This document shows, piece after piece, positions 14,130 through 25,161 of a stretch of 64,000 nt of DNA. Within the stretch, counting starts at the first letter, position 1, and each line of letters starts with the position of its first letter. The translations under genes were made by a program, and so were the position numbers. Below the pieces are notes generated by a model that did not search any database, was not told where the DNA came from, and saw only the letters and a program-made list of their open reading frames with translations. This stretch comes from Camelus ferus (Eukaryota): positions 54,066,001 to 54,130,000 of the forward strand of contig NC_045707.1 of the NCBI RefSeq assembly GCF_009834535.1, given 5' to 3'.

Positions 14130-14680
14130 AATTATCTATCCTTCTTAGTAATCAATAAATCACAAGCAAAATTTGAGGTACCATTTAAACCTACTAAATT
14201 AACAATTTAAAATAATTCTTCTCAATTTGCACTAAAACTACAAACTCCTATAATGAAAAAAATTTCAAGAATATGTAGCTCTTTTTATGTTTGATCCAGT
14301 TATTGCAATCAAAAGAATGTCTATTAAGGAAATAATTTGGAAGAAGCAAAAATTTGTATTTTAAAGATACTGATTGCAGTGATATTTATATGGCACATAA
14401 GTAGAAATTAAAATTTCTAGTACTAGACAAATGACCAGTATTTTTGTTATACCAGACCAACTATATTGCTATGAAATGAGTAATTGTGAAAACTATAGAC
14501 GTGGAAAATATTTTTCATTATACTGAAAAAAGAATAGAAATGGCAAGATACCTTGATTAAATTCTTGTAAATTGTGTTTGCATTTGACATAGACAAAAGA
14601 TCATGCATGAATTGAAAGAGTTATAAATTGAGTACACTTTTGGATTTTGTTCCCCTAATAAACAGGTTTTTAAAAAGGAA
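14130..14680 (+). mobile_element. Highly decayed L1M 3' fragment
   Basis: cttagtaatcaataaatcacaagcaaaatttgaggtaccattt...tttgatccagttatt...tgattgcagtgatatttata. Confidence 0.5.
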
Positions 14681-15831
14681 GGGAAACTATTTGCCAAAGC
14701 AAAATCCATTTTCTTCTTGGAGGGTCAAAATTACTTCTCTATCATATTTGTTTTGTGAGCACACATATCATCTTTGTATAAAACTTTTTTATATCTACTA
14801 GAATTGCAATAGTTGGAACAGAAGGCCAAAAATGAGTACAGTTATAAAAATGAATCCATGGGAAAAGTACAAGACATGAAACTTACCAAAATCTTTATTT
14901 TTATAGCATTTTAATACTCTCCAATGGGCTTATAAAAATGACAAAATTAAAAAGTAATAATTTTTTTTCACCAAGTAATAAGTAGGCTTTGACGTTATAC
15001 GATGTTATCCTCTATTCAGAGAAAGGGAGATGCTGGCATGAGCGTGAAACTAGAGACCCCTTCCTTTTCTAAGCATGGTTCCATTAGGATCCAATGTAGC
15101 ATGTGTAGAAATTCCACAAAGATTTGTTTTTTAAGAACATCACTTTAAAAACATTTTTCATTTCTATCTTTGTGGAAAATGTCTATTTTATGGTAATATT
15201 GTTGGTTACTTTCAATTAAAAATATCATAAAATTATATAACATGCTGATGATTTCACTTCCAAAATGAAACATAGCCTTTATTTTTAGTGTACTTACTAC
15301 CCTCACTACTCTGTTTCACACATTTGGATCCCGGTGCTGTCTTCACACCACTTATCTAACTCTGTATTAACAATCTTAAGTGTCATTTAATAGAAAGAAT
15401 ATAAAGTTTCAGTTCAAGCCTCTTATTTCTTATTCTGTCACTGAGTCAGTGTTCCTGTTCTGATAAAGTAATGTTTGCAAATTAATGTTGCTATTCAAAC
15501 AATGGGTTTTACTTGGCTAATGGCCATGATCAACAAAGTTTCTCCACTTGTCATTTAGCCAAATTTCCAACAAAGAATATTTTAGTCATTGCGGATATAG
15601 GGTTAGCTAAATAGAACTAGACCTAAAAAAAAAAAAAAATTAGTGTGTGGCAATACACTCTAATGATTTTATGGCTACAGTCTTCAGGTAAGTAGACCCA
15701 GTCTTATTTACCACTTTTCTTCATTTTTCTACTTTTTTCCTCCCTGCTCTTTTCACTACCCAAGTCTTGTCTTTCAATTGTGAAAATATTTGTTTTAGCT
15801 GATAAGAAATGTTTAATCTGTGCCTTTTACC

Positions 15832-15960
15832 TGACATATAATTTATGGTCCAAACCAAGACACTTTTGAAAGTGAAAGGCAGAGTTATTAATAATTACCT
15901 GAGGACAACTGGTCTGAACAGGACTGGCCCAGAAAAGCTGTGTTACACATGGTTGCCCTG
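15832..15960 (+). mobile_element. MER94-like hAT-Blackjack DNA transposon
   Basis: atataatttatggtccaaaccaagacacttttgaaagtgaaagg...attaataattac...atggttgccct matches the recalled MER94 consensus. Confidence 0.75.
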
Positions 15961-17230
15961 CCTTTGTGGTTCCTTCTGGCAACGTGTACTTTGCCACATG
16001 GGCTTTAAACTCTCCAGTGCAGGTCCTGATGATGTTTCATCATCAAACAAACAAAAACATAATAACCAAGCACCCTACAAATACTTGGAAGTATTCTGAG
16101 CCTCTCAAAGTTAAGTACCTCTTTAGATATCACCCCTGCAAAAAGATGCCAGGGTAGAATTATTACTCATATTGACTTTATTTTAACAGAAAAAAAAAAA
16201 AGACACAAGTTGCTCTTCTTAGGGTTTTTAGTTAATAAGGTGATAAAAATCTTTATAATTCAGTAGGTGCTACGCTTCACCCCAAATGGTAACAAAATAC
16301 CATTAGAAACTTAGTGTTGTTTTTCATCTGGTTATTCATTAAAAGAAGGTTTTATTTAGATAATCATTTTAAGAGAATTCCGTCTGAGGTATTAGCTATC
16401 ACAGTCTTCTTGCTAAGCTTTACTTTATTCCATACAATCAAATGGAAGGGCTTCCTAGTATTCTGTAACTTAATAACCTCATCTGGATCTTTTTCCTCAT
16501 TTAATTTCAGAACTTAGGAAAACCAACAGAGGAAAGGGTTTAATTATAAAAGACCAAGAGCATGAGGCCCTGAGTTGAAACTGGTAAGACTGCCTTCAGG
16601 GAGATCAACAGTGTTCTCATGTCTAAGAGATAAGTGCTTGGCTCTCAATAACCTGGGATGAGTGTAAGTTGACATGACCCAGCCAGTCACTGCCATTTCA
16701 GTGACTTTATGAAGTCGTTTGGCAGGAGTTTCCCAATTGTCCTGCTATAATAGTTCTACAGAAGAATCAGAAAGCTACTTTAATTTTACAAAAAGTGATG
16801 AAATAAAAGACTTGAAAAGACTGGGGAAAATGGGGATTCCAAATAAAAGTACATTCCCAGCTCCTAAGCAAAAACCTTCTAGTATTTTCTCTATATCTGC
16901 GAATCATGGCTATACTAGTCATACGAAAGCAGTGTTCTTACAATCTCGCTCCTGTAAATTATAAACATTTATTGATTCTCTCTGTTTCAGTAAGTTAAAT
17001 ATAATTTCTTAACCTGGAATGCAAGACTTGGTACAGTAACACCCAAACCTTCCTTCTAACCTTATTTGCCACACAACTCCAACAAAACTCAGTTCTCCAA
17101 CACGTGCAATAGCTGCCAACGTCTCTTGCCTTTTTCCATGTTACACTTCCTCCTTTCTGCTTATAGATCACTTATACGTCCTAAGACGTCTTCGAAATCA
17201 TTTAGTTATTTCTTTAAAGATACCTTTCCC

Positions 17231-17610
17231 CATAACAGGCCCCAAATACTAAGTCCCACATCATCAAACCAAGACAAGGCTTAATTACAGTTTCAACTCT
17301 TCCGGAAGAGGAATCTTACACCAGTCAATCAGGAATCTCCCGGTTAGAACTAGTGAGGTAATCTGTGTAATAGACAGACCCCTGCCACTCCTAAAGGAAA
17401 GTAACCTTATGTAACCTTATGGTAACCAACCTGCCTTTTTGTCCAGCATAACTTCCTTATTCCTGCTCCCTTCTGCCTGTAAAAGTCTGATTTTGTATAG
17501 CTTCTCTTAGCTCTTTTCTATCTACTAGATTGGATGCTGCTCAATTCAAATTGATTTCTGCTCAAATAAACTCTTAAAACTTCTACTGTGCCTCAGTTTA
17601 TCCTGTAACA
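17231..17610 (+). mobile_element. ERV1-class solo LTR
   Basis: Poly(A) signal aaataaactcttaaaa, terminal tttatcctgtaaca, approximate 4-bp TSD tccc/tcct. Confidence 0.75.
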
Positions 17611-17999
17611 TCCTAAAGGGAATTGATAGCTTCCTGGTTTGAACATATGTTCTGCTTATTGCTAACTCCTTGCAGTCCACTTTGATTTGTAACTAACTAT
17701 GCTTTTATTTTAGAAACATATTCTTAAAGCAAGCTCTGTGCCTTATCCTAAGCCCATGCTGAACATAATTTTTAGAAATTGTTTTGTTTTTTAATTAAAT
17801 AACTAAGTTTTCATTTAACTTAGAACTGATTAGAAATATGGACACTTGATACTCATAGGTATATTAAAACTTTGACTTAGTATGCTCATATTTTACTCAA
17901 TATGTTTGCTTATTATTAATAAAATGTTCTCATGATTTTTTTGTTGTGATTAAACACAGCTTTAAAATCTAGCATTCTATGGCAGAAGCTGTCAAGTGA

Positions 18000-18200
18000 C
18001 TATTTAAAACCTGTGATTTGACAAGTGCTGCTCTACACAATGCTGATATAGCATGAAACAAGGCAGAAGTTCCTTTGTTCACAGATGCTACATTCCAGTG
18101 AGGAAGACAGACAATAATCCAATAATCAAACAACATAGTTTCAGAGTACAGTAAGTGCTATAAAGGATACAAAGCAGAAGTGAGAAAAATAGATACTAAG
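18000..18200 (-). mobile_element. L2 3' fragment
   Basis: gatatagcatgaaacaaggcagaagttcc...acattccagtgaggaagacagacaataa. Confidence 0.55.
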
Positions 18201-18230
18201 AAATGAATTGAAAGAACAAAAATATATACC

Positions 18231-18269
18231 TACTGTTTTAAATGTGTTTACTGTTTTAAATGTGTTTAC
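18231..18269. repeat. Exact 18-bp tandem duplication (tactgttttaaatgtgtt)x2
   Basis: Read directly. Confidence 0.9.
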
Positions 18270-18836
18270 ATTTTTCAGAATAATTACGATATGCTGATTG
18301 AGAGAGAAATTCATTTTTCCCTAATACCCAGGTGATACACGGCTAAAAATATAGCTGTGCTTACATTTTGATGAAAATTAACTAGCCAGGTTGGAACTGC
18401 AGGTAGTGCTGTTTAGTGTGCTATTAAGTTGGGAGATTGCAAAATTTTTAAAAATATATATCTCCATGCAATTAGGGAATATGAGTTTGGAGTTTGGAGT
18501 ACACAGTGAAACATCAGACTAAAGGTCATTCATGTAATAATCTGGAAACCCACACAACTCATTACATTTCATGGATCATTAGTGAAAAACCGGCAATACG
18601 TTGTAAGCTTTCTAATGCAGAGGGACAAAAATTATGGAGGAGGAGATGATTCAAAAGATCATTAGTGAAACCTCCAAGCTGAGTCAACTCCAGTTCTTTG
18701 GGGAACAAATTATTACAAGACAACTCTTTGGAAGTAATATAGCGAAGTGTTCCTGATTAGGTAGCTAATAAACCACAATTTATATTCTGAAACCAACTGT
18801 AAAACTAGCTTCTGCTTTGTTTAAAGATGCTCATTT

Positions 18837-18873
18837 TATATATGTGTGTGTGTGTGTGTATATATATGTACAC

Positions 18874-18914
<41 letters not shown>

Positions 18915-18920
18915 TATATA
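18837..18920. repeat. Compound (TG)n-(TA)n-(CA)n microsatellite
   Basis: Read directly. Confidence 0.95.
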
Positions 18921-19875
18921 AAAAGTATAGAGGTTATAAACAATTGTTTTTCCTTTTAGTAAATTCAAAGATTTTATGTGTAAAGCAACAATAATAGTGA
19001 TTTACCCCTAAATATTTAGGGCTTTACATTTATAGGTGAGAATTGAAATGTCACTCAGCAAAATCAGTGAAGGTGGTTGGAGCTGATTTCCAATACAGTA
19101 ACTATTTCATTGCAAGATTAGTGTATTTGCAAGGGAAACACTGGTTTTAAATCATTTATAAAATGTGTAAACTAATTTTTATTTGAATCAATTGTCAAAG
19201 GAAAATGCAAAAAAAAAATTAACTTAAATTCAGGGCCACTGTGTTCATGTGTTATTTTATCAAAACATGTAACGTTCTTCCACGAATAAACAAGGAAAAT
19301 ACTTAGCACAATGAGAGAGACACAAACCTGCTTTAGACAGCTATGTACACAGTTCTAATTATTGTTTATTATTTTTCTAAATATATTAACAGAGATATTC
19401 ATATATATTACATATACTCTTCAAACTCTTCTCGCCTCTTGCCTACCATTGCCTTCCAAAAATAGTTGACAGAAGTAACTTTCTTAGCTGAATAATCAAT
19501 TGTTTTTCACACAGATACTCACTTATTGCCTATGTATGTACCTGCCAGTATAGAAAGAACTAGACATCTTCATGTATGTTTCCACCCACCAAGCATTCAT
19601 TCCACCCAGAAATGCAGTTCTACAAACTGTCTTCTCATGGTAGGCCTGTTACCTTTCCTGTCCTTGTGTGTGCGTTTTCCCAGGTGTCTTCCAAACGATT
19701 TCTGCATTCTTTACACAACTAATTGTGCTTAATTTTGGCCTCACCCCACACAAACTAACTAATTTGTTCCTTATTTAACAGAGGCTTCTTTTGTGTCCCC
19801 AGTTACATTATAAACCCACAGAGGACCGATGTCTCACTGTTTTATGGCTCCAACAGTGATACAGAACACCCCCAG

Positions 19876-20338
19876 TGTGGCTGGCTGACTAATGGCACCA
19901 AGATACACTGAGCTCAAACTCCAGAATCAGTGTTACCTGATACAGCAAAAAGGACCTGCAGACGTTATTAAGGATCTTGAGACGGGGAGATGAGATGAGC
20001 CTGGACTACCTGGGCAGACCCTACGTGTAGTCATAGGGTCTCAAAAAAGGTAGGTAGAGAGAGATGTGATCACCACAGAGAATAAGGAAATGTGACCACA
20101 GAAGCAGAGAACAGAGTGATGAGCTCAGGAGCCCAGGAGTGCTGGAGCAGCCACAAGGGGGAGAGGCAAGGAACACACTCTCCCCTGGAGCCTCCAGAAG
20201 GAACCCGTCTTGCTGACTCCTTCATTTTATCCCACTCGTCTCATTTTGAACTTCTAACTTTCAGAAACACAGAAATACGAATCTGTGCTGTTTTGAGTCT
20301 CTAAATTTGTGTTACAGTGTCAACAGCAAACAGATATA
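19876..20338 (+). mobile_element. MaLR (MLT1D-like) solo LTR
   Basis: tgtggctggctgactaatggc...attaaggatcttgagacggggaga...tctcccctggagcctccagaaggaac...ctaaatttgtg. Confidence 0.85.
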
Positions 20339-21056
20339 ACTGAGTATATAGTAGTATCTAATAACCATTTAATTACCTTTTGGACTTCAGGCCAGGGTAG
20401 GGACTTTGGGCAAGCTCTCATCTGCCATTCTGCAAACACCAGTAGATTCTTTCTCATCACCTGCTGAACTTGAAATAGAAGTAGTATACCCTACTTAGTT
20501 AAAATGCAATATAATTTATGTTAGAAAGGAAATTTTTTCTTGAATCATTTCCCTGTTTCTGTATTGACTGATGGTATTTAGATGGACAATAGACTCAGCT
20601 TACAATGTGTTTATTACTAAAAAGCAATGTTTAAAATTATATACATGGAAAAGGGGAGGCAATAGACTATATTCTGCTAGTCTTGCAGTTTATTCTTCAG
20701 TCTCTATTATTTTATCTTCTTTCCATTCTTATAGTGTTGCCCACATTAGCATAGGACCTTTCTACTATAAAAAATAATTTTCTTGGAATGATGGTGTTTT
20801 AATTAATATTTCAGAAAGCATATACTTTGTCTTTTCTAAAATGGGAATGATTTATGTATGAGCAAATGTTTGATGAGAACATAGAAGATAAATGACCCCA
20901 TCTGAACAACAGCTTTTTTTGAGACATGTACATCCCCGATGTCACTCTATTATCTGGATGGCCACATAGAGCCAGAAGACGTTCCATGTGTGGCAGGCCT
21001 CACTGCATGATGTTTATAAAAACTGAAGAAGGTTTTGATATATTTTATTCAAACTC

Positions 21057-21458
21057 TGTTATGAGATAAACTGTGTCCGCTCAAAACTCGTATGTTGAAG
21101 CCTTAACCTCCAGGACCCTAAGACTGTGACTGTATTTGGAGACAGGACCTTTAAAAAGCTAATTAAGTTAAAATGAGGACTTTACAATGGGCCCTAATAT
21201 GATCTGAATGGTGTCTTTATAAGAAGAGGAGATTAGGACACACAGAGAGACACCAAGGGGGCACACACACAGAGGGAAGACAGTGCCGAGACAGCAGGTG
21301 GGTGGCCAGCCATGTGCAAATCAAGGAGAGGGGCATCAGGAAACCAGTCCTGCCGGCACCCTGATCGTGGACTTCTAGGCTCTAAAACTGTGAACAAATA
21401 AACTTCTGTTGTTCCAGTCTATGGTAATTTGTTATGGGAACCCTAGCAAACGAATACA
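21057..21458 (+). mobile_element. MaLR (MLT1B-like) solo LTR
   Basis: tgttatg...tatgttgaagccttaacc...gtgactgtatttggagacagg...atggtaatttgttatgggaaccctagcaaacgaataca. Confidence 0.9.
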
Positions 21459-21577
21459 GAATCATAAGATACTTTATGTGTTATTCCAGCAATGATAAAT
21501 TTCACTAATATATATGTCATCTTTTCTTAAATCTCTAGGTGTTCACAATTCATCTAGTCAGAATGTCAGCAGATTTT

Positions 21578-21812
21578 TTTTTAATTGAAGTAGAGTTGGT
21601 TTACAATGTTATGTTAATTTCTGGTGTACAGCATATTAATTTAGGTACATATATATATATATATATTCCTTTTAATGTTCTTTTTTCATCATAGGCTACA
21701 AGGTATTGAATATAGTTCCCTGTGCTCTACAGTAGGACACTGTTGTTTCTCTATTTTATATATAGTAGTTAGTGTCTGTAAGTCCCGAACTCCCAATTTC
21801 TCCTTCCACCCC
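21578..21812 (-). mobile_element. 5'-truncated L1 3' end
   Basis: T-run then aattgaagtagagttggtttacaatgtt...gaatatagttccctgtgctctacagtagga; flanking cagatttt at 21570-21577 and 21813-21820. Confidence 0.92.
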
Positions 21813-21974
21813 CAGATTTTCTTGTTAATATGTATTAAAAGTGCTACTAGTATTTCAGACAGCTATGTGTACACATACACAAACATACACAAATGTGGAG
21901 AAATATTAGTCTTCTCTAGCCAGTTCTAAAACGTTAGCCCATTCTACCAGGTGACGACTTATGCCGACAAGTAC

Positions 21975-22480
21975 ATCTTGGAATCCTCCCTCTCGCCTGT
22001 TAGGCCCAGGGTCATCCCTGCCACCATGCCCCAGCCTGTGGGCACCAGTACTGGGCTGCCACAGGCCAAGTGACTGACCAAGTGGAGACACAGCCCCACC
22101 CCCCGCAGGCTGGCTGTCTTAAGACCTGCTGAGCCCACAGCCACCATGGACATGGCCAGCCCACGAGGGGGCCCAGGACCTGGCGCCACACACCACTGTG
22201 CAGTCACTAGACCCAGGGATGCCCAAGGACCTGAAGCCAGAGACCCCAGGACCCAGCTCCATGCAATGGTAGACAGGCATCAGCCCCAGAATCCCCTGGG
22301 CCCTTGCCTGTTCTAGTCTTGGGGTCAGCCCACCCCAGCAGCAGACCAGCACCAGTCCTGGGACCAGCTGAGCCTCCACCCTGCCCACTAGCAAATCAAC
22401 ACAAGCTTAGGGGTGACCTGAACTCCACAGCCAGCTGTATCAGAAACTGGCCCTACCCACCAGTGACCTGACACCTGCTC
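21975..22480 (+). mobile_element. Probable L1 5' UTR-derived GC-rich fragment
   Basis: Repeated C-rich motifs (gaccccaggacccagctcc, caccagtcctgggaccagctg, cacccaccagt) resembling ungulate L1 5' regions. Confidence 0.6.
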
Positions 22481-22599
22481 AGTAAGCACCGAACTACTTA
22501 AAACTGCTTACAGTCTAAGATAGTTGCCATTTTAGTAGATTGCATGTGGCTGATTTCATGGTCCACATTCTCAATCTCTGTTCATCTTTAAGACCAGCA

Positions 22600-22795
22600 T
22601 CCAAGATAGGTAACTAGTTTTATAGCCTTGGCCAAATTGCTTTATCTAGCGCTGCCTCGGTTTCCTCACCTGTAAACATTACCTCGTTTGCAGTGAGAGA
22701 CACTAGCTCACAGGAGGTGGTGAGGGTATGAGGAAATAGTGTTTAGAACAGCATCTGGCACAGCATAAGCACTGCGTTAACGTGAGCTTCCATAA
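22600..22795 (+). mobile_element. MIR SINE
   Basis: ccttggccaaattgcttt...tgcctcggtttcctcacctgtaaa...ttagaacagcatctggcacagcataagcact. Confidence 0.8.
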
Positions 22796-24692
22796 TGTTT
22801 AATACACCGGGCAAGAAAAGTGGGCTAAGCACTAATGCATTAACAAGCATTTTGATCATCTAGTAGATGGCAGGCACCATATCAGATGCTGTGAAGGAAA
22901 CAGTGCCAGATACAGTCTATGTCTTTAAAAAGCTCAGCCTAGAATGGATTAGCGAGACAAGTAACAAACAAACGTCCATGTCATGTGAGAAGTGCTCAGG
23001 GGAATATGTACAATGGGAATAATAATAACAACTATTTCTAAGACTGCAATGAAGCTTCTAGGTGATGATTCCTAAAAATATGTCAGGACAGTATTTGGCA
23101 TACAGTAATGACTTAATGAAAGTTAGCGCTTATCCTGGGGTTACCATTTTCCTTTTGTTTGTTTCATTCCATGCTTGTTTTTCCACTAGAGCATGAGTTC
23201 TTCTGGGGGGACCTCATCCTTAATCAACATTTTTGGAAAATATCTGCCTGATATTCTACTAAGTGCTAAAGATATAAATATTAAAAACAATGGTTCTTGC
23301 TCTGGAGAGAAAGACAGATTTGCATACTTTTAGATTACAACATAATGTGGTAAACACAAATGCAGTGACAAAAGCAATAAACTGTGGAAATTTAGAGAAT
23401 GGGGCAACATTCCCTGGGGAAACTAGAGCTTTCAAAGGCTGTATTACCTCATCTGGCTCGTAAAATGAAGGTAAGACTTTTCCAGCTAACAAGTGGATGG
23501 AATGAACTATGTAATGAAAAGATCTGATCAGTTTAGAAGTTGTAGGGAAGACTCATGAAGGCAATAGAGAAGAAAAAGGAGGGCAGAATCGTTATTGCAG
23601 GGCAGACATGGGGGTAATTAGGGCATCAGCTTCTGCAGTAACTTGTACTTAAAAGTAAAAATTTAGATTGTGTACAGAGAGCTGTATGGAACATTGGCTC
23701 AATGTCCTTGAATTTGCATCTTGGAATTCCCTTCATGCTTAAGTTTCTGTGGATTGTGAACTTCAAAGAGTAAGCTTTGCTTTAAGGAAGAGAACTTTCA
23801 CTGAAAGATCATAGGTTGGTGGGTCTCTAGGTTTGTACCTGGACCTGATGTTAATCTCCCGTACCATGCTTAAGAAACACTATGTGCTGTAGAAACAACT
23901 GTGGAATTAAATTGAAAGCATGGGCTTGGCCCAAAACTGCTTCTTAGTGAAATCACAATAAAAATTATATTTGCTGAAACAATCCTGACTCACGTATACT
24001 TAAGCCCGTATTCTAACATGAGAGGCTTCTTATCCACAACTTGACAGTTCTAATTAGGAAGGTGACTCTCAAACCATTTACTGTCTTGAGAAGAACTGAG
24101 ATGGAATCTTGAAAAGATGGGAGCAGATTTCACCCCACGACAGATGAGCATTTCCCATCATAAATTTTCCTTGTCTAAAGTATTAGGGGTAAAAATATTT
24201 TGCTCCATTTCTGTTTATTTTTATGCCATACAAGAGGGCATAATTGTTTAACCTGCTCGAGTCAGGATATGTTGCAGTAAGTTTCTATTCGTATTCTGAA
24301 AGCTGATTGTCCAGTTGCTTAATTGGTTATCAAATTAGAAAATGGGAATCTAGAAAACTAAGAATCTAAATTTGAAAAAATGGATTTCTTCTCTTTATCA
24401 TAACTAGCTTAAGAGTCCTTCCTAAAATATTTTCTTAAGCATCTATTAAATGAACCTATAGTCTAGACTTATATGATCACACTGTATTTGTAATCTATTA
24501 TTTGGCCAATGTGGTCTGAATTTTGTAATGGGTGTGTCTTGGTATATAGTAATTAAATTATAATTAAGTCAATTTAGATGAAATCTCCTAGTGTTTACAC
24601 TTAATTTGAAGGCAATAATAGTGTTAATCACAGTACATGTTAAGCACACCAAATTGCCTGATGAAGTGTCTTTATTAACAAATGAACATTGA

Positions 24693-25161
24693 GGAATACT
24701 ACTCAGCCATAAAAAGGAATGAAATAATGCCATTTGCAGCAACATGGATGGACCTAGAGATTATCATATTAACTGAAGTAAGTCAGACAGAGAAAGACAA
24801 ATATCATATACTATCACTTGTATGTGGAATCTTTAAAAATGATGTAAACTTATTTACAAAACAGAAAAAGACTCTTGGACGTAGAAAACAAACTTATGGT
24901 TACCAGTGGGGAAGAGGGGAGGGAGGAGGAGTTTGGGACTGGCAGATACGTATTATTATGTAGAGGATAGATAAACAGCAGGGTCCTACTGTATAGGTGT
25001 TATATATACATAAAACTGTATTCAATGGCTTGTAGTAGCCTGTAATGAAAAAGATATGAAAAAGAATACATGTTAAAAAAAGACTCCAGACTGATCAACT
25101 TCATGTAGAGTATGAATATATTATAAATATCTGGTGATAAGTTAGAAAAATGTTTTTAAAT
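24693..25161 (+). mobile_element. 5'-truncated L1 (ORF2 end plus 3' UTR) with atypical 3' end and 13-bp TSD
   Basis: EYYSAIKRNEIMPFAATWMDLEIIILTEVSQTEKDKYH is the L1 ORF2 C-terminus; exact aaatgaacattga at 24680-24692 and 25162-25174. Confidence 0.93.

Noticed and set aside
21906..22394. GC-rich block resembling a CpG-island promoter, with ORFs
   Set aside because: Few CpGs; better explained as L1-derived sequence
24682..24963. 93-aa ORF with a real protein motif
   Set aside because: C-terminus of L1 ORF2 in a truncated copy; its ATG comes from the TSD
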